64,000 bases of DNA, from assembly GCA_050951545.1 (NCBI GenBank), contig JBMNJG010000003.1, positions 231,881-295,880 on the forward strand, given 5' to 3'. The notes below the pieces were generated by a model, which worked only from the letters and a program-made list of their open reading frames with translations, was not told the DNA's origin and ran no database searches. How positions within the stretch are numbered: the first letter of the stretch is position 1; the number at the start of each line of letters is the position of its first letter. This document shows, piece after piece, positions 40,673-50,464 of this stretch. This DNA is from Limnochordia bacterium (GTDB taxonomy: Bacteria > Bacillota > Limnochordia > DTU080). The position numbers and the translations under genes are program-made.

Positions 40673-41887
40673 ATGAAGCCGAAGATGATCCTCCCCTTCG
40701 CGGTGTTGTCAGGGGTGCCCTTCATCATGGTCTTGGGCAACTCCATGCTTATTCCGGTCTTTCCACAGATGGAAAAAGCCATGAATCTTACGCAGTTTCA
40801 GGTGGGCCTAATGGTCACCCTTTTCTCCGTTCCTGCTGGCCTTCTTATCCCGCTGGCTGGCGTGCTCTCAGATCAAGTGGGCCGCAAGATTGTTATGGCG
40901 CCCGCCTTAGTCGTCTACGGCCTAGGTGGCCTCTTGGCTGGGCTCGCGGCTGTGCTGTTGGCCAGACCGTATGTCATGATTCTCGTCGCCAGAGTAGTGC
41001 AAGGCGTTGGCGCCGGGGGTACGTATCAACTGGCGATGGCGCTAACAAGTGACATTTTCACCTCAGAAGAGCGCACAAAGGCCCTGGGATATCTGGAAGC
41101 AGCCAATGGGTTCGGCAAGGTGCTCAGTCCCGTTCTTGGCGCAGCTTTGGGTCTCATCAGCTGGTACGCCCCCTTCTTCGCTTATGGCCTGTTAGCCCTG
41201 CCCATCGCCTGTTTGGTATGGTTCGTGGTCCACGAGCCCGACGACAAGAAGCCTCGCGCACAGCCTCTTTCGCAGTACGCGGAGAGTCTAGGCAAGATAC
41301 TCAAGGAGAAGGCGTCGACCCTGCTAGCCTCCTACGCCGCAGGCGCCATCGGTCTGTTTCTCTTGTTTGGGCTCTTGGCTTTTCTCTCAGATCAGCTGGA
41401 AGCACAGTTCCACATATTCGGATTTGCCAAAGGAGGTGTCTTGGCCATCCCTGTCGGGGCTATGTGCCTCGCTTCCTTTGTGGGGGGCTTGTTCCTCCAA
41501 TCCCGGCAAGCATGGCTCAAGTCAGCTGTGGTGACGGGCCTGATCACTATCTCCGCTGGCCTTGCCTTGCTACCATTCAGCGGTGCTTCAGTGGCTCTTT
41601 TCGTTGCTCTCGCCTCTGTCAGTGCCTTAGGTGTGGGTCTGCTCTTGCCACCGCTTAACACCCTGATCACCAGCTCCACCGGACCCGAAGAGCGAGGGCT
41701 CATTACCTGCGTCTACGGAACCGTACGCTTCTTTGGCGTCGCAGCCGGACCCCCAGCCTTTGGACTGGCCGAGAAAATGAACGTGGCGGCGATGTTCTGG
41801 ATTGCCGCGGGCATCGCAGCTTGCGGTGCAGCCATCGCCTGGCTGTGGATCGACGCGAACAAGATGAAACGCACCGCGCAGACATAG
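40673..41887 (+). CDS. MFS transporter
   Basis: Motif A GVLSDQVGRK, RVVQGVGAGG, about 12 TM segments; MVLGNSMLIPV resembles YitG-like MFS proteins of spore formers. Confidence 0.9.
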   Translation: MKPKMILPFAVLSGVPFIMVLGNSMLIPVFPQMEKAMNLTQFQVGLMVTLFSVPAGLLIPLAGVLSDQVGRKIVMAPALVVYGLGGLLAGLAAVLLARPYVMILVARVVQGVGAGGTYQLAMALTSDIFTSEERTKALGYLEAANGFGKVLSPVLGAALGLISWYAPFFAYGLLALPIACLVWFVVHEPDDKKPRAQPLSQYAESLGKILKEKASTLLASYAAGAIGLFLLFGLLAFLSDQLEAQFHIFGFAKGGVLAIPVGAMCLASFVGGLFLQSRQAWLKSAVVTGLITISAGLALLPFSGASVALFVALASVSALGVGLLLPPLNTLITSSTGPEERGLITCVYGTVRFFGVAAGPPAFGLAEKMNVAAMFWIAAGIAACGAAIAWLWIDANKMKRTAQT

Positions 41888-41933
41888 CTCGCACGCACCT
41901 ACCCACAGTTCCCTCCCACGGCGCTCCTTTCCA

Positions 41934-41960
41934 GCAGGAAATTGCCTTCGCAAGCTGAAT
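41934..41960 (+). promoter_or_regulatory. SigH-like promoter of the Gld-type ABC operon
   Basis: GCAGGAAAT-N11-GCTGAAT, full consensus match. Confidence 0.7.
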
Positions 41961-42065
41961 GGAAATAACGAGCATCCTGGTCCCAAACGAGGCGTCTGTC
42001 ATGACAGCGCCCGGTTGGTGAAATGAGTGCTCACTTGTTCTGTAAGGAAGGGAGGTCCATTCTTC

Positions 42066-43073
42066 TTGATTAAGCTGGAGCATGTCACAAAGCGCTATGG
42101 TGCGGCGCGTGGAGTAGAGGATATCACCTTCGACGTCTCTGAAGGCGAGATTCTAGGCTTTCTGGGCCCCAACGGGGCGGGCAAGACGACTACCTTGCGC
42201 GTGATCACTGGCTACCACCCTGCCACAAGTGGCACGGTCACTGTAAATGGTTATGATGTCTTTGAGCAGGCGCAAGAGGCCAAGCGGCATATCGGTTACC
42301 TGCCAGAGATCCCTCCTTTGTACCATGACTCTACCGTTAAGGAGCAACTTGAGTTTGTCGCGCGAGTGAAGCAAGTGCCTGTATCGCAGCGTAAAGAGCA
42401 TCTAGATCGCATTGCCCAGAGAGTGGGAATAACGGAGGTCTTCCATCGCCTCATCCGCAACCTCTCCAAAGGCTATCGGCAACGAGTAGGCCTCGCCCAG
42501 GCTCTGGTGGGTGATCCTCCGGTACTCATCTTGGATGAGCCCACAATTGGGCTTGACCCGCGGCAGATCATCGAAATCCGGCAACTGCTGCGCGACCTCA
42601 AGGACGAGCATACGGTGATCATCAGCTCACATATCCTGCCGGAGATCAGCCAATTGTGCGAACGAGTGGTGATCATCAACGGAGGGCGTATGGTGGCCGT
42701 GGATACCCCTGCTGCGCTCTCTCGCCGGTTGCGACAAGGACAACGGGTCCTGGTCCGCATAGACGGCCCACCGACTGAGATCGTGGCCAAGCTGCACGAC
42801 ATACCTGGTGTGGCAGAGGTGGCAGTAGCGCCTCAAACCGATCAGCTAGGCCGTCTCTATGAGGTGCAGGTGGAGAAGGAAGCTGATATCCGGCGCGATC
42901 TCTCCATGACCATGGCTGAATCGGGTTGGCCAATACTCGAACTGAAGAGCCACGACATGAGCCTCGAGGATGTCTTCCTCGAACTCGTTACTGAGGAGGA
43001 CATCGGGCTCGATGCCAGCTGGCAGTCTTCAGAAACTGATACCAAGCCAGAAGGGGTGAACGGTGGTGCATAG
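42066..43073 (+). CDS. ABC-2 ATPase (GldA-like)
   Basis: GPNGAGKTT, LSKGYRQRVGLAQA, ILDEPTIGLDP, ISSH. Confidence 0.93.
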   Translation: MIKLEHVTKRYGAARGVEDITFDVSEGEILGFLGPNGAGKTTTLRVITGYHPATSGTVTVNGYDVFEQAQEAKRHIGYLPEIPPLYHDSTVKEQLEFVARVKQVPVSQRKEHLDRIAQRVGITEVFHRLIRNLSKGYRQRVGLAQALVGDPPVLILDEPTIGLDPRQIIEIRQLLRDLKDEHTVIISSHILPEISQLCERVVIINGGRMVAVDTPAALSRRLRQGQRVLVRIDGPPTEIVAKLHDIPGVAEVAVAPQTDQLGRLYEVQVEKEADIRRDLSMTMAESGWPILELKSHDMSLEDVFLELVTEEDIGLDASWQSSETDTKPEGVNGGA

Positions 43074-43776
43074 TGTCGCAACGATCTGGCATCGGGAGTT
43101 TACCAGCTTGTTCCGGTCTACCATTGCCTATGTGGTGATCGCGGCATTCCTGGTGCTGGCTGGATACGTCTTCTCTATCGCCTTATTCTCAACCCAACTT
43201 GCAGACATGAGCCTTCTCTTCGGCAATCTGGCTGTCACATTCCTGTTTGTGGCACCCCTTCTTACCATGCGCAGCCTGTCGGAGGAACGGCGTTTGGGAA
43301 CCGATGAGTTCCTTCTTACCTCTCCACTTACTGTGCCAGAGATCGTCGTAGGTAAGTACTTGGGTGTACTGAGTGTGTGGGCACTGATGCTGCTTCTCAC
43401 GGGCGTCTACCCACTCATCCTAGCCATCATCGGTGAGCCCGAGGGCGGCCTCATCTTTACGGGCTATCTAGGCCTGTTCTTGCTTGGGGCAGCCTTTCTT
43501 GCTGTCGGTCTGTTTGCCTCATCACTCAGTGAGAATCAGATCGTAGCAGGCATCATCGGCTTTGGCATTCTCCTGGCCTTGTGGCTCATCACGTGGATAG
43601 CCGATGCCATTGGAGGCGGGCTGGGTCTCCTCATACACTCATTCAGCTTGCTGGGTAGGTATGATGCTTTCATCACAGGTATCCTAGATACGAGCGACCT
43701 GATCTTCTATCTCAGCTTCATTTTCTTGTTCCTGTTCTTCACTATCCGTACCGTGGATCGGCGGAGGTGGAGCTAA
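43066..43776 (+). CDS. ABC-2 permease (GldF-like)
   Basis: PLLTMRSLSEERRLGTDEFLLTSP, IVVGKY, GLFASSLSENQIVA. Confidence 0.88.
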   Translation: MHSVATIWHREFTSLFRSTIAYVVIAAFLVLAGYVFSIALFSTQLADMSLLFGNLAVTFLFVAPLLTMRSLSEERRLGTDEFLLTSPLTVPEIVVGKYLGVLSVWALMLLLTGVYPLILAIIGEPEGGLIFTGYLGLFLLGAAFLAVGLFASSLSENQIVAGIIGFGILLALWLITWIADAIGGGLGLLIHSFSLLGRYDAFITGILDTSDLIFYLSFIFLFLFFTIRTVDRRRWS

Positions 43777-45392
43777 TGTCTAAGCTAAAGAAAACACTAT
43801 TCACACGCACAGGTTGGGTTTTCCCAGTGACCATCGCCAGTGTCATCTTGATTCTCGTCGCCCTAGCCTTTTCGGCTGCGGGGGGGCACCTCAAGTGGGT
43901 GGGGTTGGCTCTAGGAGCCATAGCCGTATTAGCTATTGGGCTCGGGCTCTATGTCCAGCGCGATGCCTGGAAGCAGCTGGCAACAGCGCGCTCATTCCGC
44001 TATGGTACCAACGCGATTCTGCTTACAGCTGCGGTCGTGGCCATCGTGCTCTTCGTGAATATCCTGGGTGCGCAATACCGTGCCCGTTGGGATCTCACTG
44101 CCAACAAGCGACTTACGTTGTCCCAGCAGACAGTGACTCTTCTCAGAGAGCTCGACCAACCCATAAAGGCATACGCCTTCATGCAGCCAGGTACCTACGA
44201 GACTACTCAGGTATCGAAGCTTCTCCAAGAGTACGCGCTCATCTCTGACAAGTTCAAGTATGAAGTTGTCGATACGAACAAGAATCCAGCGCTCACTCAG
44301 CGCTTCAACATCGACATGATGAACATGGTAGTCTTTGAAACAGCTGCACAGACTCGCAAGGTGTATGCCTGGGACATCTTCACGCAGTCGCAGACCTCCC
44401 AGGCGACCGAGTTCACTGGTGAACAGGCCTTTACGCGGGCCATCCGTGATGTCACGCAAGGCAAGGCGGGCATGATTTACTTCATGACTGCCCATGGCGA
44501 ACGCAATCTCAACATGGACTTCCGCCAGGTACGCGCCTTCCTCGAAGGTGAAGGCTACGACGTAGAAGAGCTCAACATCGCAGAGAAAGCTGGCGTCCCC
44601 GATGACGCAGCATTGGTAGTCTTGCCTGGTCCTCAGAAGGACTACTCGAAGGCAGAGGTCGATGCTCTAGACCTTTACGCCCGCGGCGGAGGCCGGCTAA
44701 TGGTGATGCTCGACCCACCCACTCGAGGCGAGCCGCTCCCGCAGCTGGAAAAGTGGCTTAGCTCATGGGGTGTCAAGGCACGCAAAGACATTGCCGTGGA
44801 TCCCGAACGAAACTACTTCCTCGATTCTCGTAGCCCCATTCCTCAGTGGGACTACCATGCCACGACGCGCGATCTCATGAAGGAGCGCGTCCAGACAGTA
44901 GTACCACGTTCTCGCAGTCTCGCTAAGGGCGACGTTCCTGTGGGCTACCAGGCCACGGGGCTCATGAAAACAAGCGACGCTTCGTGGGGCGAGGTAGACC
45001 TCACCGCACAGCGTCCCAGCAAAGACAGTAAAGATACTGAAGGCCCACTGTGGTTGGGATACGTCATCGAGGCTGAATACAGAGAGGAGTCGGAAGAAGA
45101 AGAGCAGCAGGAAAGGGACCCGACGGCGAGGATACTCGTCATGGGTAGCTCCTCCTGGCTGACCAGTGATGTCCTCCGTTTCCAGGGCAACCTAGACTTC
45201 TTCCTCAACTCAGTAAACTGGCTTAGCGGCCGTGAAGAGATGCTCACTATCCGGCCCAAGTCACCTGAGTACCGCTTGGTTCAGTTGACTGGTGCTTCGG
45301 CTACGGTTATCTTCTTCGTAACCGTGATCCTGATGCCCCTTGCGGTCTTGCTGATGGGTGGCGCCGTCTGGTGGAGGAGGCGCTCTCTATGA
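43776..45392 (+). CDS. GldG-family ABC auxiliary protein
   Basis: WDLTANKRLTLSQQT, GEQAFTRAI, YFMTAHGE, PGPQKD, GNLDFFLNSVNWL, IRPK, C-terminal TM. Confidence 0.85.
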   Translation: MSKLKKTLFTRTGWVFPVTIASVILILVALAFSAAGGHLKWVGLALGAIAVLAIGLGLYVQRDAWKQLATARSFRYGTNAILLTAAVVAIVLFVNILGAQYRARWDLTANKRLTLSQQTVTLLRELDQPIKAYAFMQPGTYETTQVSKLLQEYALISDKFKYEVVDTNKNPALTQRFNIDMMNMVVFETAAQTRKVYAWDIFTQSQTSQATEFTGEQAFTRAIRDVTQGKAGMIYFMTAHGERNLNMDFRQVRAFLEGEGYDVEELNIAEKAGVPDDAALVVLPGPQKDYSKAEVDALDLYARGGGRLMVMLDPPTRGEPLPQLEKWLSSWGVKARKDIAVDPERNYFLDSRSPIPQWDYHATTRDLMKERVQTVVPRSRSLAKGDVPVGYQATGLMKTSDASWGEVDLTAQRPSKDSKDTEGPLWLGYVIEAEYREESEEEEQQERDPTARILVMGSSSWLTSDVLRFQGNLDFFLNSVNWLSGREEMLTIRPKSPEYRLVQLTGASATVIFFVTVILMPLAVLLMGGAVWWRRRSL

Positions 45393-46759
45393 AACGGTTC
45401 ACACCGACGTGGGTAGTCATCCTGCTGGCGGTCATCTTGGGGACCGTTACCATATGGTCCCTGCGCCGAGCAAAGGAATCCCCGGAGGTAGCAGCGCGGC
45501 GACTTACCGCCCTTGATCCGGCATCCGTGGAGAGCCTAATCTTCGAACGCCCGGAGAGTCCACCAGTGGTGATCGAGCTCAAGCCAGATAGCTGGCGCAT
45601 CACGTCGCCTCTGGCCTGGAACGCGGATCCGACAGCGCTCGCAACCCTGCTGAAAGAGCTCCAGGATCTTCTGGCAGATGAGCGTTTTGCCAAACCCGAG
45701 GCCGCGGCCAGTTACGGACTGGAGCCGCCACAGCTTGTCCTGACAATAAAGACACCGGATCAGACAACCGCTCTGGAATTTGGAGACACCACGCCCGTTG
45801 GCAATAGCCGCTACGTGAGGCTTGCTGGCAAAGAAGCAGTGTACACGCTCTCCTTTGAGAAAGCGGAGCTCCTCGATCAAGACCTCACGCAACTGCGAGA
45901 CAAACGGATCATGGATGTCGTCGTGACGGATGTGCAACGTCTGTCGTTCCGCAACGCGGCGGGAAGCTCTATCGTCCTCATGCGCCAAGGCGATCAATGG
46001 CAGCTCATCTCACCATTCCAAGATGAGGCAGATCCGCTTCTTACTGAGGAGTTTGTCTGGGGCCTAGGCTTCCTGCAAACAACGTCGTTTATTGACAAGC
46101 CGCAGAATCTGAGCGCCTATGGTCTGCACAAACCAGCCCTGCAGGTCGAGATGGTCACCAGGAACAGTCAGGGCGAAAAAACCCATAGACTAGACATCGG
46201 CAAGGTAGAGGTTCAGCCACCCAAAGAGAGGTCTTACTGGGGGATTACCACCACCTACTACGTACAGTCTAGCGCAGACGATAAGACCATCTATGAGATC
46301 AGCACTGATCTTAGCGAGCTCATGTCGCTGAAGGCGGAGGAGTTCATCGGCAAACAGGTCTTCGATTCTACCTGGGCCGCACGCACACAGCAGATGCAGT
46401 TGATCACACCAGATGGTACCTGGTCACTCAAGAAGAATGGTGATGTCTGGCAGCTAGGACTGCCCAAGAAGACTCCCATCACCATCGAGCGTAGCCGTGT
46501 CGATTCACTTCTAGCAGCGGTTCGAGCTGTGCAGCTCGATAGTATTGAACAGAAACGCTCCACACAACTGCCCGCTGGTGGCAAGCGTTGGACACTGCAG
46601 GTTACCGGACTGGACGGCAAGCGTAGTAGCCTAGTGGCCCGCGAGGCATCAGGCGATGCGAAGTGGCTGGCAACTGTTGAAGGCAGACAGCATCGCTACC
46701 GCCTGGACGGTGCCCTTCTGCGACAGCTGCGGGAAGCATTCAGTCAGGCAGGTCAGTAA
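45389..46759 (+). CDS. DUF4340-like membrane-anchored repeat protein
   Basis: Repeated WRITSP..NAD / YGLEPP..FG..TP..RYVR and WQLISP..EAD / YGLHKP units; usual partner of GldAFG. Confidence 0.75.
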   Translation: MKRFTPTWVVILLAVILGTVTIWSLRRAKESPEVAARRLTALDPASVESLIFERPESPPVVIELKPDSWRITSPLAWNADPTALATLLKELQDLLADERFAKPEAAASYGLEPPQLVLTIKTPDQTTALEFGDTTPVGNSRYVRLAGKEAVYTLSFEKAELLDQDLTQLRDKRIMDVVVTDVQRLSFRNAAGSSIVLMRQGDQWQLISPFQDEADPLLTEEFVWGLGFLQTTSFIDKPQNLSAYGLHKPALQVEMVTRNSQGEKTHRLDIGKVEVQPPKERSYWGITTTYYVQSSADDKTIYEISTDLSELMSLKAEEFIGKQVFDSTWAARTQQMQLITPDGTWSLKKNGDVWQLGLPKKTPITIERSRVDSLLAAVRAVQLDSIEQKRSTQLPAGGKRWTLQVTGLDGKRSSLVAREASGDAKWLATVEGRQHRYRLDGALLRQLREAFSQAGQ

Positions 46760-46783
46760 CACCCTGCTTCGTGTTATACACAA

Positions 46784-46813
46784 AGGGCGTCCCGCAAATG
46801 GGACGCCCTCTTT
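46784..46813. terminator. Bidirectional intrinsic terminator
   Basis: AGGGCGTCCC-N6-GGGACGCCCT flanked by AAA and CTTT, between convergent genes. Confidence 0.8.
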
Positions 46814-46821
46814 CGCTGGGC

Positions 46822-48069
46822 CTATTTCATCAAGGCACGTATCTGCGGGCTGATCTCAGCCATCATCTGCTTCACCGAAGCCGTCCCGCTCCACACCCGA
46901 CGGCCCCCGTCCTCCATGAGTTTTCTTGTTTCAAGATGCTTAACTGGACGAGTCATTCGCGACTCATACGCATAGCCCACGCCGCTCACGATACACCACG
47001 CCTCGTCGGCTGTCAGGACTCCAGCCCAACGCTCGACGAAGTCGCGACCAGCTCGCGGGTGGACGGGAACCCGATTCTCAGCTCGGGTGAATAGCACGAC
47101 GCCCTTCGGATCATAGGTCAGATACCTGATCAGCTGCCAAGCCAACTCTGGGTGCTTCGTGTCCTTGGCAATGCTAATCCCGTGGAACCCGGCCTGGCTC
47201 GAACGTTGAGTCCCCTTGGGCATGGGGCCCACAGACCACCGAAGCGATGTCAGGCCTGCAAGCGTATTCAGGTAGTAGCTTTGCACCGGATAGATAGCCG
47301 CAGTACCCGCCGTGATACTGCCTCCGACCGCGTTGAACTCGGTGCGCAGTTGCGCATTGCGCTCCAGGGCAGCAATAGCCTCCGGTGTGTCACCATACCA
47401 CTCATTGCCCTCAGGGTTAAACAGATGCAGCCCCCACATGCCGACCATGTTGAGGCCGATAGACGCAAAGCCCAGAGTCTGCGTGCCGAAGCGATTAGGC
47501 TGTCCGTCCCCATCAGTATCGACGGTCAGCTTCCTTACCATCGACACATAGTCGTCCCACTGCAGCTGTTTGCTCTCCCAGCTTAGCGGCAGCCGATCCA
47601 GACCAGCTTGCGCAAACAGATCCACGCTATAGTACAGGTTGTGCAGACTCAAGGCCGTGGGAATAGCGTAAAGCTGGCCCCTCTCCTCAAGAACTGATAG
47701 GACACTGCGCGGAAAACTGCTCAGGTCAATATCTTCCTTGGCAAACCGCTCGATGGGCTGTGACAAACCCTCTCTGGCGAAATACATGACTGTGGTGTTG
47801 TCCCCATAGAGCACGTCGAGACTAATGCCTCCGGCAGTCATGACGGCCACTTTCTGCCACAGATCCTGCCAGCTAGTGGAGTCTACCACCTCCACATCGA
47901 CGCCGTGAGCCTCTGTGAAGTTGTCCAGTGCCTGTTGGAACCCACCCTCGACCCAGTTGCTGAAGAAGCCAGCAAAAGCGATTTTCGGGCGTGCTAGTGC
48001 AGGGCTCACAGCGAGACCACACACAAGCAATCCTACCGCTACAGCCAACCATCTGCATCCATGTTTCAT
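46822..48069 (-). CDS. Periplasmic sugar ABC solute-binding protein (orphan)
   Basis: Cleavable signal (PALA), GQLYAIP, LYYSVDLFAQAGL, TVDTDGDGQPNRFG, ISIAKDTKHPELAWQLI. Confidence 0.85.
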   Translation of the reverse strand: MKHGCRWLAVAVGLLVCGLAVSPALARPKIAFAGFFSNWVEGGFQQALDNFTEAHGVDVEVVDSTSWQDLWQKVAVMTAGGISLDVLYGDNTTVMYFAREGLSQPIERFAKEDIDLSSFPRSVLSVLEERGQLYAIPTALSLHNLYYSVDLFAQAGLDRLPLSWESKQLQWDDYVSMVRKLTVDTDGDGQPNRFGTQTLGFASIGLNMVGMWGLHLFNPEGNEWYGDTPEAIAALERNAQLRTEFNAVGGSITAGTAAIYPVQSYYLNTLAGLTSLRWSVGPMPKGTQRSSQAGFHGISIAKDTKHPELAWQLIRYLTYDPKGVVLFTRAENRVPVHPRAGRDFVERWAGVLTADEAWCIVSGVGYAYESRMTRPVKHLETRKLMEDGGRRVWSGTASVKQMMAEISPQIRALMK

Positions 48070-48244
48070 GGGATTGACACCTCTTTCATCGTTAGGCACG
48101 TTGACCCGCGTATTCGAACACCTATGATGATATCATTGTACCACAAATAATGGTTAGTAAGTACGACTGCGGTTACGGAAGGGTCCACCGTCAACCCTTC
48201 CGAGTGTTCCGCTGTGAAGCCAGACCCGCCATGCCCTTGTCACC

Positions 48245-50233
48245 TCACCAATGCAACCACGAGTTGCCTGTAAGAGCCCCCTCCTCAGGGCTGAGCAAGC
48301 GGAGAGCCGCTTCGTGCCCCGCCGCGACATAACGGGCCCGAATCGGTGCAAACAGCGTTTCGCGCTTGACCGCAGACAAAGGTTCGCCGATGGGATCAAC
48401 CGGGGCAATGATTGTCAACGGCGCAGGTATGCGCAGGCTTGCCCAATCGAGGATATCCCCGCTTTCTAGCAGATCGGGCACCATGGCCGCCAAGCTGACA
48501 GAGGTGAACACATCCCCTTCAGCAAAGGAGGCCAGAGGATTGGCCACTACCAGCTGATCCACGCTCTCCAACAGAGCGCTCGACAGAAGGATGGGTGTGG
48601 CGGCTCTGCCCGATGCAAAGACAGCAACCTGGGACGCACCTTCCTGCCTCGCAGTAGCGATGATCTGGCGCAAGAGACGGATCCATATACCCGTGAGCGT
48701 AAAGCCGAGCATATGGCAGGCGCGTGCGGCATTGAGCTGAGTGTCCCCTCGCTCATGAGGAAGGATAGCGCCGCCAAGCCCGGGCAAATCGGCAGCCCAG
48801 ACCTGCCAACCTTCATCTATCGCCTGTCTGGCCGTCGCTTGGTCAACGAAGGGCCGCGCTTCATCTCCTACGCGAATACAGATCCGCTCCGCCGGGGGCA
48901 GCCTAAAGTCTTTCCATGCCGCGCACAAGGGAATGATAAGCCCGTCTTCAGCGTGAAGTAAGCGACTGACGCCAATCACCCCAGACAGCGATGAGGGCAC
49001 TGATAGGCGCTGAAAAGCTTCCATCCGTAAGGCTGAAGCGTCCATATCGGCCCGTAACCGTTCCTTCAGCTTATCACGACTCACCGTCGGTTCTGCACGC
49101 AGTCTCGCATCGCGACGATCAGCGAAGAACTGCCGAATTGTCTTCACCTGCGGAACAGATGCTGTTGGGAAACATGATATCGCTCCGTAGTCTTCGGCAT
49201 CCACATTGGGCTCAGCGACAGGTTCAGCGAGTGTAGCACCTTTTAGCCAACGGTCAAACCAACCATGGCACGCCTCTCGCATGGGCAACTGATAGCCATG
49301 ACTCGTGGGAAACGCCCCAAAGGCGATTCGTTCCGGTACGCCGAGCAGCTTCCAGACTTCTGCCGCCTGCTCGACTGTACGGGCTGCCTCTTCGTAGCGA
49401 AAGCTAACTGCATCGTCAATCGCATTCATCACATATAGCGACCGAGGGGCGATTAGCGAAAGAATGTCAGACTGCTCAAGCTGGCCCGCTAGCCCGAAGG
49501 GGGTCTCGCACATGCAGTTGTTCGCGGCGACAAGGTTTCTGTAGGAGCCAATCGCCACCACAGGCACAACCACTTTGAACCGAGGCTCCCAGGCACCTGT
49601 ATAAAACGACTGGTTTCCTCCACCCGAAGCACCCGAAATGGCCAGTCTGTCTGGATCCACCTCAGGCCGAGATGCCAGGTAGTCACAGGCGCGCACGTTC
49701 TCATACACCTGAACGCCGAAAAGCGAGGTGCCAACTAGCCATAGTGCACCAGCCTCTAAGTCCCCGTGATAACGCCCTGGAAGCTCGACAGCTCGTTCGC
49801 CACTACCAAAGCAATCGACAAGAAGCACGAAGTAGCCGCGGGTGGCCAATGCGGCGCATCGCCGCTGCTCGCGCTGTGAGCGCCGCCCGTGAAGCGAGTG
49901 ACCATGCACGGCCAGAACACCCGGGAAAGGCCCATCGCCATGGGGTATGTAAGCATTGGCCGTCATACGCAGCCCGCCGAAGGTGTTGAAAGAGACAGCT
50001 TCAATGCGGTATCCTTCTCGCTCATGTACCTGATGTATCTCTGCTTGAAATGGTCCGTACTGGGGAGGCGGCCCCAAAGCTTCCTGCATACACTGGCGCA
50101 CGCTCGCCTGGTATGGAGCCACCTCCTCGCGTGTCGTCGGTCGCACAAGCGTGGACCCTCTCGTTGAAACCTGGGAGCGCAACCACTCGTGAAAACGATA
50201 GCCCGCAGCCGTACCTAGGAAATGCGATGCCAT
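48245..50233 (-). CDS. Acetylxylan-esterase-like alpha/beta hydrolase with a second, degenerate hydrolase domain
   Basis: GVLAVHGH, YLASRPEVDPDRLAISGASGGGNQ, LIAPR, SHGY; the C-terminal half lacks a nucleophile elbow. Confidence 0.8.
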   Translation of the reverse strand: MASHFLGTAAGYRFHEWLRSQVSTRGSTLVRPTTREEVAPYQASVRQCMQEALGPPPQYGPFQAEIHQVHEREGYRIEAVSFNTFGGLRMTANAYIPHGDGPFPGVLAVHGHSLHGRRSQREQRRCAALATRGYFVLLVDCFGSGERAVELPGRYHGDLEAGALWLVGTSLFGVQVYENVRACDYLASRPEVDPDRLAISGASGGGNQSFYTGAWEPRFKVVVPVVAIGSYRNLVAANNCMCETPFGLAGQLEQSDILSLIAPRSLYVMNAIDDAVSFRYEEAARTVEQAAEVWKLLGVPERIAFGAFPTSHGYQLPMREACHGWFDRWLKGATLAEPVAEPNVDAEDYGAISCFPTASVPQVKTIRQFFADRRDARLRAEPTVSRDKLKERLRADMDASALRMEAFQRLSVPSSLSGVIGVSRLLHAEDGLIIPLCAAWKDFRLPPAERICIRVGDEARPFVDQATARQAIDEGWQVWAADLPGLGGAILPHERGDTQLNAARACHMLGFTLTGIWIRLLRQIIATARQEGASQVAVFASGRAATPILLSSALLESVDQLVVANPLASFAEGDVFTSVSLAAMVPDLLESGDILDWASLRIPAPLTIIAPVDPIGEPLSAVKRETLFAPIRARYVAAGHEAALRLLSPEEGALTGNSWLHW

Positions 50234-50464
50234 TCAGGGATCACCTCGCTCTCCGTATTAGCCACCACGAAGGTAGTTCCTCTGTGCGACGAGGCAATCG
50301 TGCACACAACACGTGTCACCTACAAGGGTCACTCCCATCAGCAAGTACGGTCCCCATGGGAAAAGGAACCACGAGCGTCGTATTGAAACACTGAATGAAG
50401 TGCTCATATGTCGATAGTGCAACGTGAGGGATGTAAAGAGACTCCGAAGGAGGACCCACCCATC

